The notes below the pieces were generated by a model. That model saw only the letters and a program-made list of their open reading frames with translations. It did not search any database and was not told the origin of the DNA. The translations under genes were made by a program, and so were the position numbers. This document shows positions 10,481 through 19,481 of a stretch of DNA of 64,000 nucleotides, piece by piece. This DNA comes from Gammaproteobacteria bacterium (lineage in GTDB: Bacteria; Pseudomonadota; Gammaproteobacteria; UBA4575): assembly GCA_965221955.1 (NCBI GenBank), contig CBDCTA010000018.1:64001-128000 (forward strand), given 5' to 3'. Position 1 is the first letter of the stretch. Every line of letters begins with the position of its first letter.

Positions 10481-10508
10481 ATATAAAGTAGTAAATTTAC
10501 CTTTATAT
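10481..10508. promoter_or_regulatory. Imperfect palindrome in divergent intergenic region, candidate operator
   Basis: ATATAAAG-ta-GTAAATTTAC-CTTTATAT: 8-bp inverted arms enclosing a 10-bp palindrome. Confidence 0.3.
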
Positions 10509-10654
10509 GACAAATTATACAGTGACCATCATCAACATTCTCGCTATGCTTAACCTCTAATCAAGCAGCAAAATGTAAGAACAAAAACAATCACTTAATT
10601 CGACTAAATATCAGCCTCGCCCAAACTAGAACATTTCTCTTCGATAGCCTAATA

Positions 10655-11881
10655 ATGCCTTATTCACCTTTAGATAACTTTGAAGTTCGTGATCATAACC
10701 TTCTTATATCAGGCCTAAACATACGAGATTTAATAAAAAGAAATGTTCAAATTCCGGGTTTTATTTATTCTAAAAATATTATCGACAATAAGATTAAGTT
10801 GCTCAGAGACACTCTTCCATCTTCAATTAAAATTCATTATTCAGTTAAAGCCAACCCATTTGCAGATCTAATTTCGCACGTTAAACATCGTGTTGATGGC
10901 TTGGAGGTATCATCATTGGAAGAGATGCAGACCGCACTTGCAACTGGAATTGACAGTAAAGATATTTGTTTAACTGGCCCTGGGAAGAGTTATGAAGAGT
11001 TAGAAATTGCTATAAAAAACAATATCATCATCAGCGCTGAATCTAGTCTTGAATTATACAGACTAGACGAAATAGGCATGGAAAGAATGCTTAAACCTTC
11101 TGTTTTGATACGGATAAATCCTGATTTCACTCAAAAACGTGCAGGAATGAAAATGGCAAGTGGATCAAGTCAATTTGGAATTGACGCCGAAAAAATCCCA
11201 GAACTTTTAAAATGGATTAATGGATCTTGCATTAACCTACACGGCTTTCATGTTTATAGTGGATCTCAAATCCTTGATGCTGAAGCTATTAATTATTCAC
11301 AAAGGAAAACTTTTGAACTCGCATTAAATCTAGCTACATTGTGCAAAGAACCTATTAAAACTATCAATTTAGGCGGCGGGTTTGGCATTCCGTATTTTTC
11401 AAAACACACTTCTTTAGATATAAAATCTGTGGCAAGAAATATTGAATCCTTAATTCCCACGCTCAACACTGAAAACTTCAGGCAGCCAATCAATCTAATT
11501 ATAGAATTAGGGCGATTTATTGTGGGCGAGTCAGGTGTATATATATGCAAAGTAATTGATAAAAAAGAATCCAGAGGGAAAACTTATTTAGTAACGAATG
11601 GCGGTATGCATCACCAATTGGCAGCCTCGGGCAACCTAGGGCAAAAAAATAGAAAGAATTTTCCTATATATATTGCAAATAAAATTGACTCAAATGTGAG
11701 GGAAACAGTGAATGTAGTTGGAAAATTATGTACACCATTAGATATTCTTGGAGAAAATGTAGAATTGAGCCAAGCTGAAGTTGGGGACTATGTCGCAATC
11801 ATGCAATCTGGAGCATATGGTTATTCGGCAAGCCCAATAAATTTTTTAAGCCAACCGAAAGCATCTGAAATACTTGTCTAA
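10655..11881 (+). CDS. PLP-dependent decarboxylase (LysA/fold III), exosortase A system-associated type
   Basis: HYSVKANP PLP-lysine, HVYSGSQ, NLGGGFG, ELGRF, LCTPLD, GAYGYSASP; ASGNLGQKNRKNFP segment and context match the XrtA-associated subfamily. Confidence 0.85.
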   Translation: MPYSPLDNFEVRDHNLLISGLNIRDLIKRNVQIPGFIYSKNIIDNKIKLLRDTLPSSIKIHYSVKANPFADLISHVKHRVDGLEVSSLEEMQTALATGIDSKDICLTGPGKSYEELEIAIKNNIIISAESSLELYRLDEIGMERMLKPSVLIRINPDFTQKRAGMKMASGSSQFGIDAEKIPELLKWINGSCINLHGFHVYSGSQILDAEAINYSQRKTFELALNLATLCKEPIKTINLGGGFGIPYFSKHTSLDIKSVARNIESLIPTLNTENFRQPINLIIELGRFIVGESGVYICKVIDKKESRGKTYLVTNGGMHHQLAASGNLGQKNRKNFPIYIANKIDSNVRETVNVVGKLCTPLDILGENVELSQAEVGDYVAIMQSGAYGYSASPINFLSQPKASEILV

Positions 11882-11908
11882 AAAGATGAAAGCAATTACT
11901 TTTTATAC

Positions 11909-13885
11909 TTATAAATTTACTTGGACACCTTTAGGTATTTTATAAATATGGATAGCATCCTCGATCGAATTAAACTGATGATATTCTACTAGCATATCAT
12001 CAATTTTTTTGTATATAGGCGGAAGCGTTATTTTTTTACCAGGACCATAAATTACAACCCATCTCTCAAAATTTGAATCTGCAATCTTTGTTTTAAATGA
12101 ATCTTCTGTATAGAGCAAATCATACCCGCTCCAGATATCTCGCTTCCCGCCACATGCTGAACGACTTGTAAATGAATCGTGCGTGAGCGGCAAGTAAAAG
12201 TAAGCTCCTTGATGGTCTTTTATGTAGTAATCGATAACTGGAACAGCAGTAACTAATATACTGTTGGCCTGTCTACGCGAATTAATATATTCAGCAGCTG
12301 ATTGGAAATCTATGCGAGGGTAATAATGACGTGTACGAGGCCCATCGTAATCAAGTCGAAAATTAACCCTTTCTGAATCAATTTCTATTGCGTCTTTCGC
12401 AGAAAAATCATCAGAAATTAAAAAGAATAAACTTACGAGTATGATAAGGCTTGCGTTTTTTGACCACATCGAAAAACCAGCAGGTACCATACGAACGATT
12501 ACAATGGCACATACCGACAAAATAAGTGGGTATAGGTAATACGTATACCTTGAATCTACGTAAAATGTAGACATCATTGCAGTAATCATTACTAAAATTA
12601 ATATTATCCCTAGCAACCTATTAAACTTAACATCATTATCTCTCTTTGCATTGAATACTAATAAAAACGCTAATACAGCAGCAATGGATGCGAGAATTGT
12701 TTGATACGGCATGGCCGAATACCATGGTTTAAATATTCGAAAATAAACATCTGGATAACTAAACATTGAATTAATAACTTCTTTTATAGCCTGCACCAAT
12801 CCAGAGTTGCTTGACTGTATAAAAATATAAAAACCTAAGCCGACAAACCAAAAAATAATTGCCAAGCAATAAATAATAAAAGCACGACTATTTTCTTTAA
12901 ACCAAGCGAACATTGTGTTTTTACTTAACAGGTAAACCGCAACTAAACTTCCTAGGAAAAGAGCAAGCTGATTTGAGATAACAGCAATAATCGCGATTAT
13001 TAACCCAATCGTTGCTACTGGCTCCGCACCTTTAACTCTGTAAATTGAATATGCGATTAAACCTATTCCCCATACCCCAAGCACTAACGCTAATATTGGA
13101 AATAGAATAAAGTCCTCTGATAGAGCCAATATTCGCTCGGGGAAAAGCACAGGAAAGGTTGTCCCATTGGCTGCAGTACTTACGATATATTCAGGAGGTA
13201 AAAATTGACCAACACCTAAACGCCGAAACGGAATAATATGGGTTACAGTTATTAGTACTGCGATACCCAACCACGCAATGTAGTCATATATTTTAATAGA
13301 TTTTTTATTCAGAATTGGATTGAGTACCGCAAGTCCAAAACAAAATATTGCACCCGCATAAACAAACACAGACAAAAAAGCCAAGCCATAACACAACCAA
13401 GTATTAACTAATTCGCTTGGTTTATTTGCTTGAAGTACTAACCAAACCTGCCAAATTACAATAGTTTGAAATAAAGCATACATTCTCCCAAATCGTGAAA
13501 ACTCAATCTCCCATAACGAGAAGGCCAAAAAGAATATCCCAATTACTGCTGCAGACCATCCTCCGATTTTTCGACAAATCAAAAATATAGCTGGAAATGC
13601 CGCAATATTAGCAATAAGTGGAATTATTCGAATAGCAAGTTCAGGATCATTCAAATAAAGTCGAAGTGGTACTGTAAGATATTGTTGAAAAATCCCGCGA
13701 ATATAATAACCACCACATTCAAAGCGAGGTAAGTTTGTCCGAATAATATTTTCAATCGATGAAATAAAATAGTACTCATCAACAGCAACTGGCCATTTAC
13801 CTAGGCCTTTTAACCTTATAATTATCCCCAGTATTGAAATAACTACAGCGAGTAATATATATGGGTTTTTTGTGTTTGTTTTCAT
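11909..13885 (-). CDS. Polytopic membrane protein, GT-C fold glycosyltransferase-like (ArnT/PMT-like)
   Basis: Many hydrophobic helices, acidic DE pair after TM1 (VAVDEYY), RMYAL motif, soluble C-terminal domain. Confidence 0.6.
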   Translation of the reverse strand: MKTNTKNPYILLAVVISILGIIIRLKGLGKWPVAVDEYYFISSIENIIRTNLPRFECGGYYIRGIFQQYLTVPLRLYLNDPELAIRIIPLIANIAAFPAIFLICRKIGGWSAAVIGIFFLAFSLWEIEFSRFGRMYALFQTIVIWQVWLVLQANKPSELVNTWLCYGLAFLSVFVYAGAIFCFGLAVLNPILNKKSIKIYDYIAWLGIAVLITVTHIIPFRRLGVGQFLPPEYIVSTAANGTTFPVLFPERILALSEDFILFPILALVLGVWGIGLIAYSIYRVKGAEPVATIGLIIAIIAVISNQLALFLGSLVAVYLLSKNTMFAWFKENSRAFIIYCLAIIFWFVGLGFYIFIQSSNSGLVQAIKEVINSMFSYPDVYFRIFKPWYSAMPYQTILASIAAVLAFLLVFNAKRDNDVKFNRLLGIILILVMITAMMSTFYVDSRYTYYLYPLILSVCAIVIVRMVPAGFSMWSKNASLIILVSLFFLISDDFSAKDAIEIDSERVNFRLDYDGPRTRHYYPRIDFQSAAEYINSRRQANSILVTAVPVIDYYIKDHQGAYFYLPLTHDSFTSRSACGGKRDIWSGYDLLYTEDSFKTKIADSNFERWVVIYGPGKKITLPPIYKKIDDMLVEYHQFNSIEDAIHIYKIPKGVQVNL

Positions 13886-14064
13886 TATATGGTTCTAAAA
13901 ACTGTGATATTGCTCTCGCTTTTCTTACATCAAGCAATGATGAATAAGCTTATTCAAGTAAAATACATACAAGAAGTATTGCTAATGCTTTATACTCAAT
14001 ATGTCGTTAAATTTTAATTAAAAACTATTTTTCGGAACAAACTAATAGCCAAGAATATTAACTA

Positions 14065-14874
14065 ATGACAGTACCTGTTTCAGTAATAATTCCATACTAT
14101 AATGCTGAAAAATATTTTGACGAAGCTCTCACCTCAGTAAAAAACCAGACTGTTCCTCCAGCACAGATTATTGTAATCGATGATGGTTCAAACAAAAAAT
14201 CACAAGAATTTTTAGATTCTTACTCCGCCGAGTTTGACTTAATTCGATTAAAAACGAACAAAGGCCCAGGCTTTACTAGAAATGCTGGCATTGCCAAAGC
14301 AACTCAACCTTATATTGCATTTATGGATAGTGACGATATATGGGTTCTTGATAAACTAGAAGCGCAATACAAATACATGGAAAATCATCCTGTGGCAGAT
14401 GTATCTCACACAGGCTCTATTATCTTTGACGAACATGGGAATGAAAAAACTGCATCAGAACGCCCTCAGATTCTCTCAATCGAAAAAGCACTTGAATTTC
14501 ATGAAATGATGACGCCTAGCATAATGATCAAACGCGAAGTCATCGAATCCATCAATGGCTTCAACCCTAGAATAAAATGTGCTCAAGATTGGGAACTCCA
14601 AGTTCGACTCGCTCTGTCAGGTTTCCAGATACACTATCTACCACAAATCCTATTGCGTGTGAGACGCCAAAATCACGGTAATCACTCATCTAAGTGGCAT
14701 CGCTTCTTAATTGGTCATTTGAAAATATTACTCATCCACAGACGCGAATATATCAAGCATTTTGGCCTCAAGGGCTGGATTAGCCTCATCTCCCGTGAAA
14801 TGGCACGAGCAGGTTATCGACAGAAAGGATTAATAGGTCACACATTAAAAATACCTAGCAAGTTAGGCTTATAG
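14065..14874 (+). CDS. Glycosyltransferase family 2
   Basis: VSVIIPYYN, IIVIDDGS, FMDSDD (DxD), QDWEL motifs. Confidence 0.92.
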   Translation: MTVPVSVIIPYYNAEKYFDEALTSVKNQTVPPAQIIVIDDGSNKKSQEFLDSYSAEFDLIRLKTNKGPGFTRNAGIAKATQPYIAFMDSDDIWVLDKLEAQYKYMENHPVADVSHTGSIIFDEHGNEKTASERPQILSIEKALEFHEMMTPSIMIKREVIESINGFNPRIKCAQDWELQVRLALSGFQIHYLPQILLRVRRQNHGNHSSKWHRFLIGHLKILLIHRREYIKHFGLKGWISLISREMARAGYRQKGLIGHTLKIPSKLGL

Positions 14875-14903
14875 GCTATTATCTTGAAATCTGCTTGAAA
14901 TAA

Positions 14904-15593
14904 ATGCGCAAGTATCTCATCTCATTATTTCGGCTTTTAGGGCTGAATATCCAACACTGGCACCAGCCATTTGATGACATCCCTAAATTAGTTGATACCT
15001 CCACCATATTACATGCTATTGATGGTGGTTGTTACAAAGGCAGAATGGCAAATAAGATGTTGTCAACATTTCCTAATGCTGTTGTTCACTGCTTTGAACC
15101 ACAAACAGATCTCAATGCAGATTTACATCATACTTTTGCTAATGAGAAAAGAATTAAAATTTATGATACTGCACTTTCAGATCATAGCGGGGAAACTGAA
15201 TTCCATATCAACCAAGAAAAATATACTTCTTCCGTTCTTAAGCCAACATGCAATGATATAAATTCACTAAATAGCACAACCGTAAGACTAGAAACTTTAG
15301 ATAATATTGTCGAACAAAATAATATACCCCAAATTGACTTTATAAAGCTTGACTTGCAAGGATATGAACTTCAAGCATTAAAAGGTGCAAAGAACACTTT
15401 TAAAAGTGCAAAACTCATATATGTAGAGTTTAATTTTCAAGAACGTTATGAAGGCTGTAGTATGTTCTATGACATTAGCAAATACTTATATGAGGCAGGA
15501 TTTATACTCTACCGCTTATATGAAGTATACGGTTATGATAATGGCGCCTGGAAACTTGCTGACGCACTATTTATAAATAAAAATCTTATTTAA
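14904..15593 (+). CDS. FkbM-family methyltransferase
   Basis: IDGGCYKG, VHCFEP, ETLD, IDFIKLDLQGYELQALKGA. Confidence 0.88.
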   Translation: MRKYLISLFRLLGLNIQHWHQPFDDIPKLVDTSTILHAIDGGCYKGRMANKMLSTFPNAVVHCFEPQTDLNADLHHTFANEKRIKIYDTALSDHSGETEFHINQEKYTSSVLKPTCNDINSLNSTTVRLETLDNIVEQNNIPQIDFIKLDLQGYELQALKGAKNTFKSAKLIYVEFNFQERYEGCSMFYDISKYLYEAGFILYRLYEVYGYDNGAWKLADALFINKNLI

Positions 15594-15629
15594 TCTAATT
15601 CCTCTCAAAATTTAACATAAACTAATATT

Positions 15630-16745
15630 GTGAAAATTCGAGATATTAGAATCCAATCAGCTAACAATATATCTCGCCTCTCTGCTCAAATAGAAGATAC
15701 AGAAGTCTGGTTCGAATGTAAGTCTGGCCATAACTTACATGAAAACGCTGATGTTTTTATTATTGCAGCTTTATTACCTGCAATGCAGAAAAGCCAAGAC
15801 ATTTACCTTGACTCCAATCTACATGTTTCACCCCAACTCTTATCTAACTTAGATCACATTCAAGAAATATTTGCGCTGTGGTACTCACAACTTAACAAAG
15901 TTCAAATACACGCAAAATCATACGAAAAAAACGTACCAAATCAAGCTGGTGTTGGCAGCTTCTTTTCAGGTGGAGCAGATGGAAGCTATACTTTTCTTGC
16001 GCATGAAAATGAAATTACGCATTTGATATTTGTTGAAGGGGTCGATATCCAATTGGATAACGAAAACCTTTTAGAAAAAGTTATACATACAAATAGCAAT
16101 TATGTAAAACAAAAAAACAAAGAATTTGTGAGGATTCGATCAAACATACGAAAATATATTACTGATTTTGGAATTAGCTGGGTTATTGGAAATGGTGCTG
16201 GCTTATCCTGCATCGCTCATGCACTTGCATTTAATAAAATTTATTTTGCAGGAAGCCATAGCGCTTTAGGACTATTCCCTTGGGGCTCACATCCTCTTAT
16301 CGATCCTTTGTTCAGCAATGAACACATAGAAATAATACATGACGGCTTAGCGGTAAAACGTACTGAAAAAATAAAAAAAATATCTGAAGATAAAGATACG
16401 TTAAATATTTTGAGAGTCTGCTGGCAGGATTCTGGTTATAACTGTGGGAAATGCGAAAAGTGCTTGCGCACGATGTTAACCCTACGCTTGTTAGACATTA
16501 AAACTGAAACATTTCCTGAAGTTGATATTATACAATCACTAAAATCAATTCATATATATACTGATGCTCAAGAATTATTTTTACAAGAAAATTTAGAGCT
16601 CGCATTAAATAAAAATGATAAACAAGCTATTAAAGTTCTAAAAATGATAGAAAATAAAAATAAGACTAAAAAAGCACTAAAAATCCTTGACGAAACATTA
16701 CTTAAAGGCATATTAGGCAAGTTAAAAACTATTTTTATTAAATAA
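15630..16745 (+). CDS. Uncharacterised PP-loop (adenine nucleotide alpha-hydrolase)-like protein with Cys cluster
   Basis: FFSGGADG PP-loop-like motif and RVCWQDSGYNCGKCEKCLRT Cys cluster. Confidence 0.6.
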   Translation: MKIRDIRIQSANNISRLSAQIEDTEVWFECKSGHNLHENADVFIIAALLPAMQKSQDIYLDSNLHVSPQLLSNLDHIQEIFALWYSQLNKVQIHAKSYEKNVPNQAGVGSFFSGGADGSYTFLAHENEITHLIFVEGVDIQLDNENLLEKVIHTNSNYVKQKNKEFVRIRSNIRKYITDFGISWVIGNGAGLSCIAHALAFNKIYFAGSHSALGLFPWGSHPLIDPLFSNEHIEIIHDGLAVKRTEKIKKISEDKDTLNILRVCWQDSGYNCGKCEKCLRTMLTLRLLDIKTETFPEVDIIQSLKSIHIYTDAQELFLQENLELALNKNDKQAIKVLKMIENKNKTKKALKILDETLLKGILGKLKTIFIK

Positions 16746-16748
16746 TAT

Positions 16749-17732
16749 TTAAATTATATCAGCTATCCATTTTACATTTTTTGGCTTAGGTAAGTTACTT
16801 TGTATTCCTGGCTTTAGCACAAGCCAACTATAAAATGCACAAATTGTATTAATATCCATGTTTTTATACTTTGAAAGTAAATTAATTTTATTTTGTTGAA
16901 TTTTATTTTTAGCTTTTTCGTCAATAGCATCAGCCCATAACCTAATCGTCCAAAAATTATTTATTGCCAACTCGGCATGCTCAATTGTTCTTAGCCTATT
17001 ATGATAAGACAAGCCACTACCGCCTAATATCTTCCATAAAAAATTGGGTATGGAAAGAAAGCTAATTGTTGAACCTGATAAATTTGCAAAGTGATCTGCA
17101 GGATTAAATCTATGAACTGCTAAACATTTATCTGTGGAAATTTTTGATAAATGATTATGTATTTTTGAAAGAATTTTCTCAGGAATATGCTCTAGCACAT
17201 TCGAACTTAAAATAAGATCAGGTTTTTCGTTATTATTTGGATTGTAGTTACATACATCATAATTTGATAAATATTCTATATTTAGCTGCTTTAAATAGAT
17301 TTGTATATCATCGTTTTCATTTAACTTATCTTTTAACGAATATAATTTTTTCTCTATCGTATTGTCCCATTCTCCAAGGTTTTTGATTATTTTTTTCTTA
17401 TTCTTAATGATACTCTCTAATGACAGCTTAAATGTTTTTACAGTTAACCATGGATTTAGATCTACTGTGACGACTTTATTGGCTCCATATAGACATGCAA
17501 CAATTGGCACAAATGGATACCAGCCAGTACCGATCTCAAGGATATTCGCATTTTTTAAGCTATCTCTATATTTAAGGGAAAGAGAATATAACTCAATAAC
17601 CCTTGATAACATTTCATCTTCGTCCAATCCTCCGCTCCCCGTTAGGGTCTGAACATAGCTATGTATTTTATGCCTAAATGGCAGAATACCGAGCATAGCA
17701 CTAAGAAAATACTTCAAATACCATTTAAGCAT
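16749..17732 (-). CDS. Putative class I SAM-dependent methyltransferase
   Basis: ILEIGTGW motif I and DLILSSNVLEHIP. Confidence 0.7.
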   Translation of the reverse strand: MLKWYLKYFLSAMLGILPFRHKIHSYVQTLTGSGGLDEDEMLSRVIELYSLSLKYRDSLKNANILEIGTGWYPFVPIVACLYGANKVVTVDLNPWLTVKTFKLSLESIIKNKKKIIKNLGEWDNTIEKKLYSLKDKLNENDDIQIYLKQLNIEYLSNYDVCNYNPNNNEKPDLILSSNVLEHIPEKILSKIHNHLSKISTDKCLAVHRFNPADHFANLSGSTISFLSIPNFLWKILGGSGLSYHNRLRTIEHAELAINNFWTIRLWADAIDEKAKNKIQQNKINLLSKYKNMDINTICAFYSWLVLKPGIQSNLPKPKNVKWIADII

Positions 17733-17920
17733 TATTAGTTAAATCCACTAATTTCCTTAATTTAATTAGAACTATTTTATGATCAACTTATCATTATCTA
17801 GCATTAAACAAATTAATGCTTGTGTTTATTTCTAAATTAATTCATAAAGACTTGATAATTTTCAATCAATTTTCTTATTTAAGCATTAATATAGTCTACA
17901 ACAATATAATATATTTTATT

Positions 17921-19462
17921 ATGAGATTAAAAAAGTTTACTTTACTTACATCTTTACATTTTATTTTTTTTTGCACTACATTTTCTTTAGCAAATTCAAA
18001 TGACGCTCATATCAATTTCAAAAATGTTACTCATAAAGTAATCATAGGCGATTTATGCAAAGCTGATAATCCTTTTGATGTAGACTTTATGGATGCCAAT
18101 AACGATGGATACTTTGATTTATTTTCATTCAGCCACTATGGTGTAAAACACTGCTTGTATTTACAAAAACAAGATGACTCTCATACATTCGTTTATGTAG
18201 ATGGGAATCAAACAAATTATAACCAGACCTCAGTTCCTCCTCGTGGCTCATCACGAGCAACCTTCTTAGATTTGAATGGAGATAAAAAAGAAGATTTTAC
18301 TAGCTTAGAGGCTGACATTAAAAGTGCCGTATGGTTTAACAATACAGAAAAAGAGAATTTTATACCAAAATATAAAACAAAAAAATCTTGGTGCGCATCT
18401 CGAGACCATTGCAATATTGGCGAAATCAATGGAGATGGATTTATTGATGTTATACACAATGATGGTCTCGCAGTGTCTTACTTAAAAGGACGGAAAATTG
18501 CAAATCTTAAATCTAAAGGCAGCTGGGAAGCTATTGATATAAATTCAGATACTTGGCCAGATTTAGTTGACGCGTCCAATGGCGGGTTCTGGAAGAATGA
18601 TAATGGAAAATTTAACTGGATAGAAATTCAATCATTAAGTGTATGTAAAGGTGGCAAACATCAAGATTTTGCAGATTTTGATAATGATGGTTACATAGAC
18701 CTTATATGTGCTAACGGTAAATCAAAAACTAATAATAATGGTGGAAGTAGATTTTTGCTTAAAAATTTAGATGGTAAAAATTTTAAAAATGTGACAAAAA
18801 ATTCTGGAATTGAATATATTGGATGGAAAGCTTACTGGAGTAATTACTCAAATACTTATGCTGCTGATTTTAACAATGATGGCTTAATTGATATTGTATT
18901 TGCTGGAAGTTCATACAAAAAAGGGAAAGGATTAGAGTTCCTTATAAATAAAGGAAATTTTAAATTTACTTCTCCAAATATTTATATAAATGATCACTGT
19001 AATGCACCTGATATGGGCAGCTATGGATGTAAACCAAGAGTAGATGTAGCTGATTTTGACAACGATGGCTTGCTTGATCTTGCCAAAATGTATTCAGGTT
19101 TTGAAAAGTCCAGCGTTGAAATATATAAAAACACTACAACAAATGATTTCAACTGGCTAAAAATTAGGGTTAGAGGTAAAAATCATAATACTGATGGACT
19201 ACACACACAGATAAATATTTATGAAAATGAAACAAATAAATTAATAACTAACTATCAAGTTTCTAATCATTTTGATGGGCGAATGAAATATCTTCATGCT
19301 GGCTTGAATAAATATTCGAAAGTAAATGTTGAAGTAATATGGCCACATGATGATGGCACAGAAATATTCAAAAACATATCAAGCAATCAAGAATTAATTA
19401 TTTATTACTCAATGACAGGAAGCAAAATTGTTAAAAACTGGAAACCAGGAAATGGTTGGTGA
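17921..19462 (+). CDS. Secreted FG-GAP/VCBS repeat protein with ASPIC/UnbV-like C-terminus (CRTAC1-like)
   Basis: Signal peptide from ATG 17921 (MRLKKFTLL...SLA); seven DxN/DxDGxxD-type repeats; NWLKIRVRG...LHAGL...VEVIWP C-terminal domain. Confidence 0.8.
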   Translation: MRLKKFTLLTSLHFIFFCTTFSLANSNDAHINFKNVTHKVIIGDLCKADNPFDVDFMDANNDGYFDLFSFSHYGVKHCLYLQKQDDSHTFVYVDGNQTNYNQTSVPPRGSSRATFLDLNGDKKEDFTSLEADIKSAVWFNNTEKENFIPKYKTKKSWCASRDHCNIGEINGDGFIDVIHNDGLAVSYLKGRKIANLKSKGSWEAIDINSDTWPDLVDASNGGFWKNDNGKFNWIEIQSLSVCKGGKHQDFADFDNDGYIDLICANGKSKTNNNGGSRFLLKNLDGKNFKNVTKNSGIEYIGWKAYWSNYSNTYAADFNNDGLIDIVFAGSSYKKGKGLEFLINKGNFKFTSPNIYINDHCNAPDMGSYGCKPRVDVADFDNDGLLDLAKMYSGFEKSSVEIYKNTTTNDFNWLKIRVRGKNHNTDGLHTQINIYENETNKLITNYQVSNHFDGRMKYLHAGLNKYSKVNVEVIWPHDDGTEIFKNISSNQELIIYYSMTGSKIVKNWKPGNGW

Positions 19463-19481
19463 CCAAATTATATATAAAAGT

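Noticed and set aside
17017-17024. GGCGGTAG (ops/JUMPstart core) on the minus strand
   Set aside because: Inside a coding region, where it encodes Gly-Gly-Ser; not in a leader and lacks the rest of JUMPstart.
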